From Octopus vulgaris (lineage: Eukaryota), in assembly GCA_951406725.2 (NCBI GenBank), contig OX597829.1, forward strand, positions 23,374,001 through 23,438,000: 64,000 nucleotides of DNA, in the 5' to 3' direction. Shown here piece after piece: positions 1 through 14,299 of the stretch. The notes beneath the pieces are model-generated. The model was not told the origin of the DNA and did not search any database. It worked only from the letters and a program-made list of their open reading frames with translations. Position 1 is the stretch's first letter; each line of letters starts with the position of its first letter. The translations under genes were made by a program, and so were the position numbers.

Positions 1-79
1 ACATACACACACACCAGCATGGAAAAATGGAAAAACAGACATCAAATGATAATGATGACATACATTTGTGCCCATGTAC

Positions 80-111
<32 letters not shown>

Positions 112-114
<3 letters not shown>

Positions 115-467
115 CTCTTTATTCTTTAACTTGTTCAGTCATTTGATTATGGCCATGCTGGAGCACTGCTTTTAGTCAAACTTTGTAAGCCTAGTACTTA
201 TACTATTGGTCTATTTTGCCAAACCACGAAGTTACAGAGGATGTAAACACACCAACATCAGTTGTCAAGCAATAGTGGGAGGACAAACACAGACACAAAT
301 ATATACATAAATATATATATACAATGGGCTTCTTTCAGTTTCCATCAACCAAATCCACTTGCAAGGCTTTGGTTGGCCTGAGGCTATAGTAGAAGACACT
401 TGCCCAAGGTACCATGCAGTAGGACTGAACCTAGAACCATGTGGTTAGGAAGTAAGCTTCTTACCAC
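112..467 (-). mobile_element. tRNA-derived SINE, family A (degraded)
   Basis: Reverse complement of the family A consensus seen at 18101: tRNA head, internal (TA)n, tail GTCAAATGACTGAAACAAGT. Confidence 0.85.
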
Positions 468-1404
468 ACTACATGAATTTGTAACTACATGAATTTTAGT
501 CACTCCCACCACATGACATCTTGGACAAATCTTTTCTACTATAGCCCCCAGAATGACCAATGCCATGTGAGCAAATTTTGGAAAAGGGAAGCTGTGTGGA
601 AGCCAATCATATGTATGTGCATGTGTGTTTTTGTGATTGTCCCCTAACACCACTTGACAAATGATGTTCCATTGTTTACATCCCTTTAACATAACCAGTT
701 TAGCAAAATAAAAAGAAAGAATGACCAACAGAATAAGTATCTGACTTTAATAAGAAAAAAAGGGTTAGTCCTGATTTGTTCAACTAAACACTTTAAAGTG
801 GTGCCCAGCATGGCCACAATCCTATGACAATCTATAAAAAATTGAAGGATATATATACTCATATGTGTACATATGCATATACAGACAATTATTATTTTTT
901 TTTTACATCTGTTTTCCATTCTTACAAGGGTTGGACAAGTCGTCACAAACCATTGCAAGTCTTACTTATGATCTGTCTCTTCTACAGGTTCTACTAACTT
1001 GGAATACTCGGCACTTTCTTATACAGCATTCATGCTATATATGCACAGCATATACATACTAGTGCAGTCATATTCCATATGCACCACATGTCCATACTAG
1101 TACAGTCACCTCTCTTGTACACTGCACTTGATTCCTCTTATAAGGCAGATCCAGAATAACTTCTGCTAAATCAGATCAACATTAAAAGGATTCATGCCAT
1201 TAGAAGAATTAAAGAAGAGCTTAGAATCTTCAAGCAAAAGGTACCAATTGTAATTTTGGATTTTTCCCAGGCATTTAATAAATAATGTCAACAGAAATAT
1301 CAAGTTATATATCTTGCTGAACTAATGTATCCCAGATAAGATTGTTAAAGACATCACCATCAAGTACTAAAATATCAACAAAATGTGTGTAAAGCACAAG
1401 TCTA

Positions 1405-2217
1405 CGAGGTGGTTTCAAAATGTTCCTGGACTAGTTTTGTAGCACATCAACAGATGGCAGCACACAGTTGTGAGTCCAGTGAGACCTAGCAGTGACCTTC
1501 ATGCTCTAGTGTTTTGAACAACATCACTGTGTTTACTTTGCAAGTTGTGAAATTTGTGTTTTTGGGAAATCTGCTACAGAGACATTGAGCATGCCTCAGA
1601 AAGCTTATGGCAACAAAGCAATGGGTCATACGCAATGTTTTGAGTGACATGGGCACTTCAAAAGCAGAAGAACATCCTCGGAAGATGATGAGCAATCTAG
1701 AAAACCTGCCACAAGCATCACCACCAGAAATATGGTATTGTTATTGAGAATTCATCCCCCGGGGCTAGCCATTAATCAAGAGTTCTACTGCAACATTTTG
1801 AAGCACTTAACGGAGAACACTTGACAAAAGTGACCAGATCTATGGAGCGCAAAGAAATGGATTCTCTACCAAGCTCTCCTCACTTGTGAGTTTTATCACC
1901 AAAAACAACATGATATTACTTCTGCATCCCCCCTATTTAGCACCTGCGGAGTTTCCTTTCTTCCCCAAGATGAAAATGCAGCTCAAAGGTCACTATTTTA
2001 ACACCATTGTTGAAATCCAGAGCACATTGCAGAAGGTTCTTAATGCGCTTACAGAAAATGACTTCAAGGCTAGTCTGAAAGTGGTAGGAACACTGGGATT
2101 AGTGCATTGTTACACAAAGTGACTATTTCAGAGGAGGTGATGTTAAAAACTTAGGTAAATAAGTTGTTTTATTAAACATAACTTATTTTAATCCAGGAAC
2201 TTTTTGATAACACCTCA
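1405..2217 (+). mobile_element. Mariner element, internally deleted, with transposase remnant
   Basis: TA-flanked TIRs CGAGGTGGTTTCAAAATGTTCCTGGA / TCCAGGAACTTTTTGATAACACCTCA. ORF 1886-2122 LLHPPYLAPAEFPFFPKMKMQLKG is the degraded HPPYSPDLAP-D region. Confidence 0.88.
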
Positions 2218-2223
2218 TATGTA

Positions 2224-2662
2224 AGTGTTTCTCAACCATTTTCTTAATCTATAGACCCTTTTGATTTCAGCTTTACTTGGGTGGATCCCCCAAGTCATTT
2301 GATGCTTAAAAATCTTATACTTTTATAATTAAATATTGCAAGGAATTTATATGAAAGCAATTGTTAAACTATTTCATGAACTGTAAAAGTATATATTGAA
2401 AAGGTTTCAAGATGCAACGAAAATTTTAGGAAAATAAAAATAAGGAATAAGAGGAAATTTTACCGGTGAGTGTGTTAAATTATAAGGCAGAAAAAGAAAA
2501 TTACTCTCCCCAGACACAACAGAATATGTTTCAACACACGATCTCATAGAGAGAATTTTGCAAACCAAATCCCAAAACAAAATTTATGGCAGATAAATTT
2601 TAGCAACAAAATTTTATATGGACTCCCAAGGGCCAAATATGGACCCTGGTTGAGAGCCCTAG
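2224..2662. mobile_element. Degraded hAT-type MITE
   Basis: Ends AGTGTTTCTCAACC and GGTTGAGAGCCCT resemble CAGTGGTTCTCAACC-type hAT TIRs; internal TATGGACCCC subterminal motifs. Confidence 0.55.
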
Positions 2663-3189
2663 GTCTACGTAAAGAATTCTCAACAACAAGGAACCTTTAG
2701 GGAGAAACACTTGTTCTCTTTCTCATTATCATTGTACTGCACTGCATCCTTAGGTAAACTCTTGACCCCCATCCAAGACATAGGTCTCACCTTCAAACAG
2801 AAGCAGTCAAGACATTGCCAGGACCTGTATCTCTCTAATTTTGATTATCTTGAAGATTTTACTCTCAAAAGCTCATTAGCTGTGTGACATATAAGACTTG
2901 TTAATATCATTTGAGAATTCTGTAGCATTCTATGACTTCAAAATATTTCTTTTGTGTTCTACATAGCTGACAGTAAGAAAGACTTCCTTACTTGCTTGAA
3001 GTGTTTGTAACAAGCTTCAAAACAGCTAACAATCAATTATTTCAAAGTCAACAAGACAGGCCTTCTTCAGGACAGTATGTGTAGAGAGCATTCTTGTCTC
3101 CAGAGAAAAAAAAAACTGAAAGGAGAGTTTCAAGGTTGCTTTGATGGCATATATACCACATTTTCCATCAGGATTTTCACAGACACACA

Positions 3190-3500
3190 CTTATTGACAC
3201 AATTTAGAATTAATGGGTTTCTCAGTATACTTAATGAAGACTAAGATTTTAGGTGATAGAAAAAGACTGATACCATCAGTAAAATGGCTGGACTTAATGT
3301 ACAGAAAAGGAATAAGCAGAAATTCCATTGAGTGTATCCTATGTGATCTGTGGGTACACAAGAGATGTAATGGAATTGAAGGCATGCTGACAGTGAATGG
3401 AGTCTTTACCTATGGAAGATGTACAGGATTAACAAGTTCTCAGAGCATCAGTAAAAGAAATTCCTTGTAATGCTCAGAGGGCTCTATAGAAGTAACTTTT
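3190..3500 (+). mobile_element. RTE-type LINE remnant
   Basis: ORF 3213-3470 RKGISRNSIECILCDLWVHKRCNGI is a Cys/His segment that recurs in other LINE remnants in this window (about 5150-5280, 39160-39330). Confidence 0.6.
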
Positions 3501-4599
3501 GCAGGTACAACGTATTACTATTTTATTTCTTGAAATTTTCAGCTAACAGAGATTAATTCTTGTTCAACATTTTAACCAAAGTAAATAGATGACTCATCTA
3601 CGTACTTTGATCTTTACATGGGGCTCCTCAACACAGAGGGTGAAGAAATGCCAGGAGATACATATGGAAGGATCCAAGAAGAAGACAAAGAAAGATACAT
3701 GCAGAGATGGAGAAGGTTGATCTCAGAAACTTAAACATCTTAAACCTCACAAAGTAAATAACAAAAGAATGCAATAATTGGAGAGATGCTGTGTTGGAGA
3801 GCTTACAATCAATTTATGCAAGCATGGAAAAGTTGACATAGAAATAATGATGATAATGATGGTGGTAGTGGTGGTGGGTGGGTGTGTGTGTGTGTGTATG
3901 TAGGCACAGGCATGGCTGTGTAGTTGAGAAGCTTGCTTCCCAACCATATGGCCTTGGGTTCAGTCCCACTGTATGGCATCTTGGGCAGGTGTCTTCAACT
4001 ATAGCCTCAAGTTCAAATTCTTGTGAGTGACTCTGATGAACAGAAACTAAAAGACTCTCATTGTGTACGTGCATGTATATGTGTGCATGTGTGTTAGGGT
4101 ATACCTTTGTCTAGTCATTACAAGATGGTTGTAAATGGGAATTTTCATCATATAAGCAAGGTCGTTCATTTCCATTCCTCTGTGAAAAAAAACATGTCCA
4201 AACATGGGGAAATATTACCTTACCTGGAAACGAGTGAGGGCTGGCATCCAGATGCAGAAATCTGCCTCAACAAATTCTATCTGACCAGGCAAATATAGAA
4301 AATTAAATGTTAAATGATGGTGACAACACACACACATGTAACAGCCATGTTTATTTTCCATATTTGCACAAAACAGACAGCATTTGTTGAGGTATCTTCA
4401 ATAGTTAGATGCCATTCCTGTTGCCAGCCACTCACCTGTTTCCAAACAAGATAATATTTGTCCTGACTAAACAGGTTTTTCCAGAAGGCTGGAAACCAAG
4501 GATGTCAGTTGTATGAAAATGTCACTCATTTATTTACGACTATCATGTAATGCTATGACAAAGAGGTACAAGCACACATGCAAGTTGATCAAGTCATTT

Positions 4600-5560
4600 G
4601 TCATTTCTTCCATGAGGTTCAGCCTTCATAACTTCATCCCATGCCTTCCTGGGTTTCCCCTCTTCCACAAACTCCATCCATTTAAGTGATCAGCACTTCC
4701 TTATACAGTTGTCCTCGTCTATATGCATAACATGTCCATACCAGTGCAGACCTCTCCCTTGCGTACCACATCTCATTCCCTGACATTCAATTTTTCTTTC
4801 AACACAATTGTACTTTGTTGCACATGCACAGATGTTACACATTCAATGGAACAAACCAGCTTCATTTCTTTTCAGTCTTTGCATGTCTTCTGCATGCACT
4901 GTCCACATTTCACTACCATGTAGCATTACATGGATCATACAATCTACCCTTTCACTTTAAGAGAGAAGACTTTTGTTACTAACAGAAGTGGTAGTTCTCC
5001 CAACTTTCGCTAGCCAGTCCTTATTCTAGCAGCTATGCTTTCAGAACATCCTCCTCCACTGCTAATCAGGTCACCTAGGTCACAACTGCCACAGCTTTTC
5101 AGGAAATCTGTTTTACATGTGTTCTTAGAGCTTATTGTTCTTGCACACCTATCACATGCCAAAAATACTTTCCTGTTAACCTCCCTTTGATGCTACTGCA
5201 CCACTTGTGTCCATAGTTTGCACTGGGCTGTATGGAATTCCTACCTAAACTTTTTCTATGTATTGAATAAAACCATTTATCTCAAGAAATTAGCATCCTC
5301 TCATTTTTCCGGCTTACTAGAACTTTGATCTTTGCTAAGTTTCGATTCGGTACCAGGAACTTCAAAATTCTACTAGTCTCAGCTATATGAACAAGGTCAT
5401 CAGTATAAATGAGCTCACACAGGCGACCAGTGTTAAACTATTCTAGGAGAACAATGATAAATAGGAGGGGACTGACAACTGAGCCCTGGCGAAATCCTAC
5501 CTGCACACTAAATTCATTACTATATTTCATGCTAACTTTCACCTTGCTGACAACATACTT
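4600..5560 (-). mobile_element. RTE-type LINE RT remnant (highly degraded)
   Basis: Minus strand shows decayed VGFRQGSVVSPLLF (RT QG motif) and ELIYTDDL (YADD) segments with many stops. Confidence 0.65.
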
Positions 5561-6022
5561 ATAAATATATTCAAATATTTACAATAAAGTATGCCTTGCA
5601 AAGTGCATTATAAATAATGCAAACATTTCTGATATAGAACTCAACAGAATTTTTTCAAATGAATAAATATATCAAAAGTTGGTAGTCCACTCAGAATTTT
5701 GCACTGGGTTAGGCTATTCATAATTGCAGGGGAGAATAAATTGCTTGCAGTATATATATAAGCATAAGTTGACTTTGGATGGATGTAAGAGTAGGGTGAT
5801 AACTAATTGAAAACTGGCTACAAAGCTGTAGAAGGTTATGGCTTAGGCATGTATAACCATGAATGGTTTTGGATAATCATTAGCACTACAAGTATTTGCA
5901 TTATCAATGGATAACATTTGAAATTATTTGAGGACAATTAAAATCATGGCGAATGACCTTTATAATACTACGCATGACAGAACTTAATTCATATTGTTAG
6001 AGAGAGATAGATAGATAGATAT

Positions 6023-6060
<38 letters not shown>

Positions 6061-6258
6061 TGTGTGTGTGTGTGTGTTTAATTTTGTAGCGATTGGTTAT
6101 TGTTCTGCTTCAGAGGTCAAATTCCTATAAATCTAATATTAGCTATTGTTGTGAATACGAAATGAGCAACCGAATGGAAATACATATGCACATTGAAGAA
6201 TTAACACATTTATCTATCCATACATTACCATCATTTTACATGTCTACACACAAGCATG

Positions 6259-6259
<1 letters not shown>

Positions 6260-6315
<56 letters not shown>

Positions 6316-6595
6316 TACACACATACATACATATATATGCACATACATATATAACACACATATATATAGATATATAACATATACATACATACCGTATATA
6401 CATACATATATATACACACACACATAACATATATATATATACACATAATGCATATATATATATATATATACATACATAACACATACATATATAATACATA
6501 TATAACACACACACATATATATATATATATTAACACATACATATATAACATAAATTTAACAAAGATATACCATATATATACATATAAGACACACG

Positions 6596-6627
<32 letters not shown>

Positions 6628-6678
6628 CACTTATATAACATATATATATACTTATATAACATATATATATACTTATAT

Positions 6679-6708
<30 letters not shown>
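6260..6708. repeat. (TA)n/(CA)n compound microsatellite
   Basis: Direct reading. Confidence 0.95.
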
Positions 6709-6712
<4 letters not shown>

Positions 6713-7140
6713 GAAGGACCGAGATCTCTGGAGATATGCTGTGACTACAAAGACCCGGGCTGCTTTCTGCAGCAATTCCACATACCCCCTACCCATTCTA
6801 AGTACCCCGGTTCCCCAAAGTACCCTGGATCCCCAAAGTACCCCGATCCCCAAAGTACCCCAGACCTCGTTGCCCCCGTGCCGCTGACACGTTAAAATGC
6901 TCGAACCGATCGTGACCAATGCCGGACCCTCCGGCCCCTGTGCAGGTGGCACGTAAAAAGCACCCAATCCACTCACGGAGTGGTTGGCGTTAGGAAGGGC
7001 ATCCAGCCGTAGAAACTCTGCCAGATTCAGACTGGAGCCTGGAGCGGCCCCTGGCTTCCCAGACCCGGTCGAACCGTCCAACCCGTGCTAGCGCGGAAAG
7101 CGGACGTTAAACGATGATGATGATGATAATGATGATGATA
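6709..7140 (+). mobile_element. Young RTE-type LINE 3' end with (ATG)n tail and an internal 18-19 bp minisatellite
   Basis: Shared 3' UTR motif GGTTGGCGTTAGGAAGGGCATCCAGCCGTAGAAAC...GGACGTTAAACGATGATG, also at 39345-39642 and reversed at 12710-12930. CCCCAAAGTACC unit about x4 at 6797-6862. Confidence 0.8.
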
Positions 7141-7160
7141 TACATACACATATATAACAT

Positions 7161-7460
7161 AGGCACAAGAGTGGTTGTGTGGTAAGTAGCTTGCTTACCA
7201 ACCATATGGTTCCAGGTTCATTCTCACTGTGTGGCACCTTAGGCAAGTGTCTTCTACTATAGCCTCGGGTCGACCAGAGCCTTGTGAGTGGATTTGGTAG
7301 ACAGACACTAAAAGATGCCTGTCATATATATGTATATATATATGTGTGTGTGTGTGTCTGTCCTCCCAACATCGCTTGACAAACGATGCTGGTGTGTTTA
7401 CATCCCCATCACTTAGCGGTTCAGCACAAGAGACTGATAGAATAAGTAGTAGGCTTCCAA
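7161..7460 (+). mobile_element. SINE family A
   Basis: A box (TGTGTGGT), B box (GGTTCATTC) and family body. Confidence 0.85.
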
Positions 7461-9042
7461 AGTATTGTACACTTCTGTATTGTACATTTTTTTCGGTATT
7501 GTTGCCTTTAGCCCTGTTTTTTCTTGTGCATGTGCATATACAGACGTGTGTATGAACCTTTTTGGTGCACGCGTGTATGTGTGTTTGCGAGTGTGTATGC
7601 GGTCATGTATATATATATATATATATATATTTATATTTTGGTGAATGGCGTGGGTGAGTATGTGTGTGTTTCAAGTGAGGGTGGATGAGTGTATACTTAT
7701 AGGCACATGTACATGGGTGTGCAGGCACATATGCGCATGTATGGACATGTGCGCTTACGAGAATACTATGAACATTTTTAACATATATATATATATACAC
7801 ACACATACATAACATATATATATATATATATACACACACATACATAACATATATATATATATATTTATACACACACATACATAACATATATATATATATA
7901 TATACACACACATACATATATAACATATATATACACAGGCAATAACAGGAATTCAAGACAGAATGCCCCTGGGAGCTCCTCTATGCTGACGACCTTGTGC
8001 TAATTACTGAGTCACTATCAGAACTTCAGGAGAGGTTTCAGGTGTGGAAACAAGGATTAGAATCGAAGGGCCTTAGAGACAACAATGTTCTTGGTGGCTC
8101 TTCTAATCACTCTTGTAATGTTCAGGATTCCATAGACCTTGCTAAATGAACAACCTGTGAACTCTGGACTACCCACCTTCATCTCTTCCAGCAGTACTCC
8201 TAGTACTTCATCCTCTGCTACTCTTGCACCGCTTCCATCCTTTTCTCTCAGAGTATCAGAAACCAAGATATCTGATTTTAACGAGAACCAGACAATATAC
8301 AATGAAAATTTCATTGGCCTCTCCAATTCAGCTCAGTCCTCATCATCCCCTAGTCACATGACATACAAAGCAAACCAAATATCAAAGCAGTTCTTGTGTT
8401 TTTTTACTTAGTCACTCTCCTCCCTACTGAACAAAGGCAGTCTTTCTGATTGGAAAGAAAATTATTTTAGCAGTCACTAATTTCCTTGCTGACTGTGCCT
8501 GCAAATGTCTTGAGACTCTGGTCATGCCAGCAGAGATAGCATTGCCCCTCATTTAATGCCCGGACCAGAACTCTCATATTGTGTTAGAGGGTCCCTATCT
8601 TAGAATAGGAGGAGGTATGTCGTTATTTATACTATGTCCCATCTAAAAATATTAGAAAGGCTGGAGACAACCTCATAGACTCCTCCCCGACTCCCATCTT
8701 GTATTAAGAACTCGATCCTTTGTGGGTTCCACTTCCAGATGTCCTGGTAAGTGACATTCTGCACAATCACTGGTTCCCACTTCATTCAAGAGTCATTTCC
8801 ATATTACTACTGCTCCACTTGTTCTTCCTCAACTGAAGCATGCACTTCCTCCTGCATCAGTTTCTGACAGATATGTTCATATCAGTATTTCTCTTTCACT
8901 CTCTCTGTTCTAAAAACAAATCCAGTTTTCCACTACATCCCAGTATTGATAAAAATCAATAACTCTAATATTCAATTGATATAGTCTCAAAAAGAAAGTA
9001 ATACTATATTTGTAGATAAAAAGCAAGAAAAACAATCAATTA

Positions 9043-9157
9043 GACATGGCTGTGTGGTAAGAAGCTTGCATCCTAACCACATGGATCCAGGTTCAGTCCT
9101 ATAGCATAGCACCTTGGGTAAGTGTCTTTTATTATAGCCTTGGGCTAATCAAAGCCT

Positions 9158-9212
<55 letters not shown>

Positions 9213-9417
9213 TGTATTTGTCCTCCACCATCGCTTAACAAACCAGTGTTGGTGCGTATATATTCCTGTAACTTAGCAGTCTGGCAAAAATGACTGATAG
9301 AATAAATGCCAAGCTTAAAATATGTACTGGTGTCGATTCATTCAACTAAAAATTCTTCAAGGCAGTGCTCCAGCATGGCCACAATTTAGTGACTGAAACA
9401 AGTAAAAGTTAAGATAA
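9043..9417 (+). mobile_element. SINE family A
   Basis: tRNA head, (TG)n, tail GACTGAAACAAGTAAAAG. Confidence 0.8.
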
Positions 9418-9670
9418 ATATATACAAGTGTGGTTATGTGGTTAAGAAACCTGCATCCCAACCATGTGGTCTTGGGTTCAGTCACACTGCCTCGAGTCAA
9501 CCAAAGCATTGTGAGTAGATTTGGTGATAGATATACCTATATCCACACATACATTTATATATATATATATATATATTATATATACACACATACACACACA
9601 CACATGCATATACACCTACATACAGGAATATGCATACATGCATACATATATACATAAATGCATACATATA

Positions 9671-11040
9671 TGAGGTAGTATCAAAAATATCCTAGACTAG
9701 TTCTGTTGTGTGCCAACACATTTGCATGTGCAATGAGACCTAGCAGTGACCTTCCAGGGGCAGTATACCAAGTGAGATTGCTGTGTTTACTTTGCAAGTT
9801 GTGAAACCTGTGTTTTTGTGATCAGGTGTATGCTGTAGTCTGTGATTTTTTTTTTTTTTTTGTAGACAGGAAGAAAAAAAGAGCCACCGTGAAATTCTGC
9901 ATTAAACTTGGTAGGTCTGCTACAGAGACATTGAGCATGCGTTTGCAAGATCACGGCGACGTGGCAATGGGTCATACGTAATGTTTCAAATGAAGCTTTG
10001 ACAAAGATCCAATGGGGCCACGGGGGTGGGTGCCCGAGGGGCATGTGCCCTCCTCAAGAAAAGTGCATCCTTCTAAATAAGGGTACTAGGCACTTTTTTC
10101 CTGGATTTGGATTCCTTTCTGACCTTGTACCCTCCCTTTAAAAAGTTCCTGGGACTGGCTCTGGGTCCAAAGAATAGATTGCGCTCCACTCTCTGCTTTG
10201 TTATGTTTTCTATGCTCGAATGCTCTTCCTCTGCTACCGGCATTATTGAAGACACCATACAGCTCACAAACCTACAGAACCCAAGGACTCCCAAGACATT
10301 TCTTATCAGGAGCCACTGCTCCCATACCGTGATGCTCATCAATGTCATTTAGCTTGGTTCCAACAACTATATGCTCTTCCTACTGCCTTGGGTGTTTTGT
10401 ACACAGTAAAAGTAGAAAGCATTCAATAATGTTAAGCAAGACGACCAAGGAGGAGAATATGAGGAGGAGGAGGAATGGTGGAATGACATAAAAAGAATTA
10501 GATTCCAGCACAATCAAGAGAATGCTGATTGTTTGCTTCTTTTTTTTTTTTTCAGACATTTGCAGTATCATGCTTCAAGAATTCATTCCCTAGAGTCAGA
10601 CGATCAATTGAGAGTTGTACGATGATGTTTTGAAGCATTTGAGGGGGGACATTTGGTGAAAACAACCAGATCTGTGGAGCACAAAGTATTGGATTCTTCA
10701 TGATGACAATGCACCATCATTGAGCTCTCCTCGTTTGTGAGTTTCTTGCCAAAAACAACACGGTATCGCTTCCACACCAACTCTATTTGCCAGATTAAGC
10801 ACCTGCATGCTTCCATCTCTTCCCCAAGATGGAAATGCAGCTCAAAGGCCACCATTTTAACACCACTGTCAAGATAAGGAGCGAATCGCAAGAAGGTCAT
10901 CAACTCGCTTATGGAAAACAACTTCCAAGCCAGATTCCAAAAGTGGCAAGAATGCTGGAACTGGTGTATTTCGAAGGAGATGATGTTAAGACTTAGGTAA
11001 ATAAGTTATTTTTTATTATACACAACTAATCCAGGAACTT
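9671..11040 (+). mobile_element. Second copy of the same mariner family, interrupted by a 0.5 kb insertion
   Basis: Left TIR TGAGGTAGTATCAAAAATATCCTAGACTAG; body homologous to 1405-2217; right end ATCCAGGAACTT is truncated. Confidence 0.8.
9995..10502 (+). repeat. About 510 bp near-identical direct duplicate of 11737-12245
   Basis: Both copies begin GCTTTGACAAAGATCCAATGGGGCCACGGGGGTGGG and end ATAAAAAGAATTAGA, with few substitutions. Confidence 0.95.
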
Positions 11041-11736
11041 ACACATGCACGTGTGTGTATGTGCATACCCTTGTTTACACATGACATGATGGTCCTAAAT
11101 AAGTGTCATTGTCATACAAAGAGGGTTGTTTGTTTCCATGAAAATCATGTCTAGCTATGGAAAAATATTATTTTACTTGGAAACAGGTGGAGGCTGGTGA
11201 CAGGAACGTCATCTGACCATAGGAAATCTGCCTCAACAAATTCCATCTGACCCATGCAAGCATGGAAAAGAGGCAGGTCAATGTGTGTGTGTGTGTGTGT
11301 GTGCATGTGTGTATGTTTATAAGTTTGATATTTTATTAAAAAATGGTAAGAAATAGATAATATAAATCAAAAATGTTTCAATAAAGAAAGGTATCCCAAA
11401 AATGGATAAGTAAATTAAAAGAAAAAAAAGAACATTTTTTTTCAGAATTTTTAGTAAAATGATAACACCCTTCACTTCATCTTTTATCAAGATATGATAT
11501 TTAAGAGATCATATCTTGAAACCATGTATTCTAGGCTTTTTCCACCATTCAACTTCTCCATGTACCAAAAAAGTTTTTAAAAGAAACAAAAGCAGAAATA
11601 CATAAAATGTCATGTCTTTTGTCTAGGCTGTCTCTTTCAGCATTACATGCCCAGTGTAGGTGCATATATGCGTGTGCACGAGTGCATGTATGAATGCACA
11701 TATGCATATATACATAATTTAATGTCCACATTCTAT

Positions 11737-12245
11737 GCTTTGACAAAGATCCAATGGGGCCACGGGGGTGGGTGCCTGAGGGGCATCTGCCCTCCTCAAG
11801 AAAAGTGCATCCTTCTAAATAAGGGTACTAGGCACTTTTTTCCTGGAATTGTATTCCTTTCTGACCTTGTAACCTCCCTTTAAAAAGTTCCTGGGACTGG
11901 CTCTGGGTCCAAAGAATAGATCGCGCTCCACTCTCTGCTTTGTTGTTTTCTATGCTCGAATGCTCTTCCTCTGCTACAAGCATTATTGAAGACACCATAC
12001 AGCTCACAAACCTACAGAACCCAAGGACTCCCAAGACATTTCTTATCAGGAGCCACTGCTCCCATACCTTGATGCTCATCAATGTCATTTAGCTTGGTTC
12101 CAACAACTATATGCTCTTCCTACTGCCTTGGGTGTTTTGTACACAGTAAATGTAGAAAGCATTCAATAATTTTAAGCAAGAAGACCAAGGAGGAGAATAT
12201 GAGGAGGAGGAGGAGGAATGGTGGAATGACATAAAAAGAATTAGA
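11737..12245 (+). repeat. Probable source copy of the duplication; continues into a LINE-like remnant to about 12495
   Basis: See 9995-10502. Confidence 0.9.
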
Positions 12246-12668
12246 ATGAGAAAGTAGGTGGAAGGAGCAAGTATGTGTATGATGGAAAAATCTGAAGTAC
12301 TTGAGGATGCGGGTGGCAGGAGAGTGACTGGTAAATAGCAGAGGTGGACAAAGATAAGGGCTGGTGATGAGACAGAAAGAAGATTGGCGATGGGCAACAA
12401 CAGAGGTGGCCCAGAAGAGAGAATGCGAGCCAGCCGTACGGAAGAGTAAAGTTTGAATGCATTGAGTAAGGAGGTTAGGGTGGTCCAATGCAAACTCTTA
12501 TATATATAAATATACATAGGTGTGGGCGTGGCTGTGTGATAAGAAGCTTGCCTCCCAAACTCATGGCTCTGGGCTCAGTCCCACTGTATGGCACCTTGGG
12601 CAAGTGCCTTCTACAATAGCATCAGACCGACCAAAGCTTTGTGAGTGGATTTGGTAGATGGAAAGAAA

Positions 12669-12711
<43 letters not shown>

Positions 12712-13450
12712 TCATCATCGTTTAATGTCTGCCTTCCATGCAGGCATGGACTGGACGGTTTGATTGGAGCCAGCCAGGCAGGAGCTGGCACCAAACTTTT
12801 ATGTCTGTAATGGCTGGATTTTATGGCTGGATGCCCTTCCTAACACCAAATACCCAGCAGAGTGAATTGAGTGCTTATTACACGGCACAAGCACAGACAA
12901 GGTCAGTTTTGGCATGGTTTCTACAGCTAGATGTACATATGTATACATATGTGTATCTTTGTGCCTGTATTTGTCTCCTCATCACCACTTGACAACCAGT
13001 GTTGGTGTGTTTACATCCCCATAACTTAGTGGTTTGGCAAAAGAAACCAATAGAATAAGTACTAGGCTTAGAAAAAAAATAAAGAAGTCCTGGGGTCGAT
13101 TTGTTAGAGTAAAACTTTAAGGTGATCTTCTAGCATAGCCGTAGTCAAATGGCTAAAACAAATAAAATAAAAGTATATATATATATACAGCCGGCTAGTG
13201 AAGGGAGAGGAGGTCAGAGTGATGAGGATGGTGAAGTCAGCAGAAGGTGAGGACATGAGGCAGTGAGCTGTGAGTGAAAAGAAGACACATGAACAGTGAG
13301 GGAGTAACAGGTAAATGGCATGGGGGTGGGAGCAAGAATACAATCTGTAGGGGCAACAAATGTAAGCATGGTAAGGTAAACAATATCTCAGCCTTTAAGC
13401 CCAATGGTTGTGACAGTGGGGTGGTCATGTCTTCAGTAGCATAGCATACC

Positions 13451-13672
13451 TATTTCTTTATTACCCACAAGGGGCTAAACACAGAGGGGACAAACAAGGA
13501 CAGACATAGGTATTAAGTCGATTACATCGACCCCAATGCGTAACTGGTACTTAATTTATCGACCCCGAAAGGATGAAAGGCAAAGTCGACCTCGGCGGAA
13601 TTTGAACTCACAACGTAACGCAGACGAAATACCGCTAAGCATTTCGCCCGGCGTGCTAACGTTTCTGCCAGC
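13451..13672 (-). mobile_element. tRNA-derived SINE, family B (core GCCTTTCATCCTTTCGGGGTCGATAAATTAAGTACCAG)
   Basis: Near-identical to 50976-51209 and 61977-62200; 9-bp TSD TAGCATACC at 13442 and 13673. Confidence 0.9.
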
Positions 13673-13749
13673 TAGCATACCACTAAGCAGTACAGTCTCC
13701 ATAAGACAACTTCATCCCATTATTTTGTTGAAGTTATCTCTACAGATAT

Positions 13750-13949
13750 TCTTTTACTCATTTACTTGTTTCAGTCATTTGACTGTAGCCATGCTGGAGC
13801 ACCGCCTTTAGCCGAGCAAATCAACCCCAGGACTTATTCTTTGTAAGCCTAGTACTTATTCTATCGGTCTCTATTGCCGAACCGCTAAGTTACAGGGACG
13901 TAAACACACCAGCATCAGTTGTCAAGCGATGTTGGGTGAACAAACACAG

Positions 13950-14006
<57 letters not shown>

Positions 14007-14166
14007 TACGATGAGCTTCTTTCAGTTTCCGTCTACCAAATCCACTCACAAGGTTTTGGTTGGCCTGAGGCTATAGTAGAAGACACTTGCCCAAGGTGCC
14101 ACGCAGTGGGACTGAACCTGGAACCATGTGGTTCGTAAGAAAGCTACTTACCACACAGCCACTCCA
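13750..14166 (-). mobile_element. SINE family A, full length
   Basis: Reverse complement of 18101-18604. Confidence 0.9.
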
Positions 14167-14299
14167 ACGACTATTCTATAGAAATCACAGTCAGCACTGA
14201 TTTCTTGCTACAACATTTCATATCAAGACATCTGACATCACGATACAAAACAGCAAAAATCAGTACTAGTAGAAATAACCTTAATAAAATAATGTAAAT

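Noticed and set aside
6231-6744. Long YI/CV/HT-rich ORFs here and at 23.4-24.0, 40.4-40.9, 42.1-43.2, 54.3-54.8 and 60.1-60.8 kb
   Set aside because: They are translations of (TA)n, (CA)n and (GTAT)n microsatellites.
10073-10352. Paired ORFs repeated at 11828-12088 as a duplicated gene
   Set aside because: The frames differ between copies and the segment is repeat-derived duplicated DNA.
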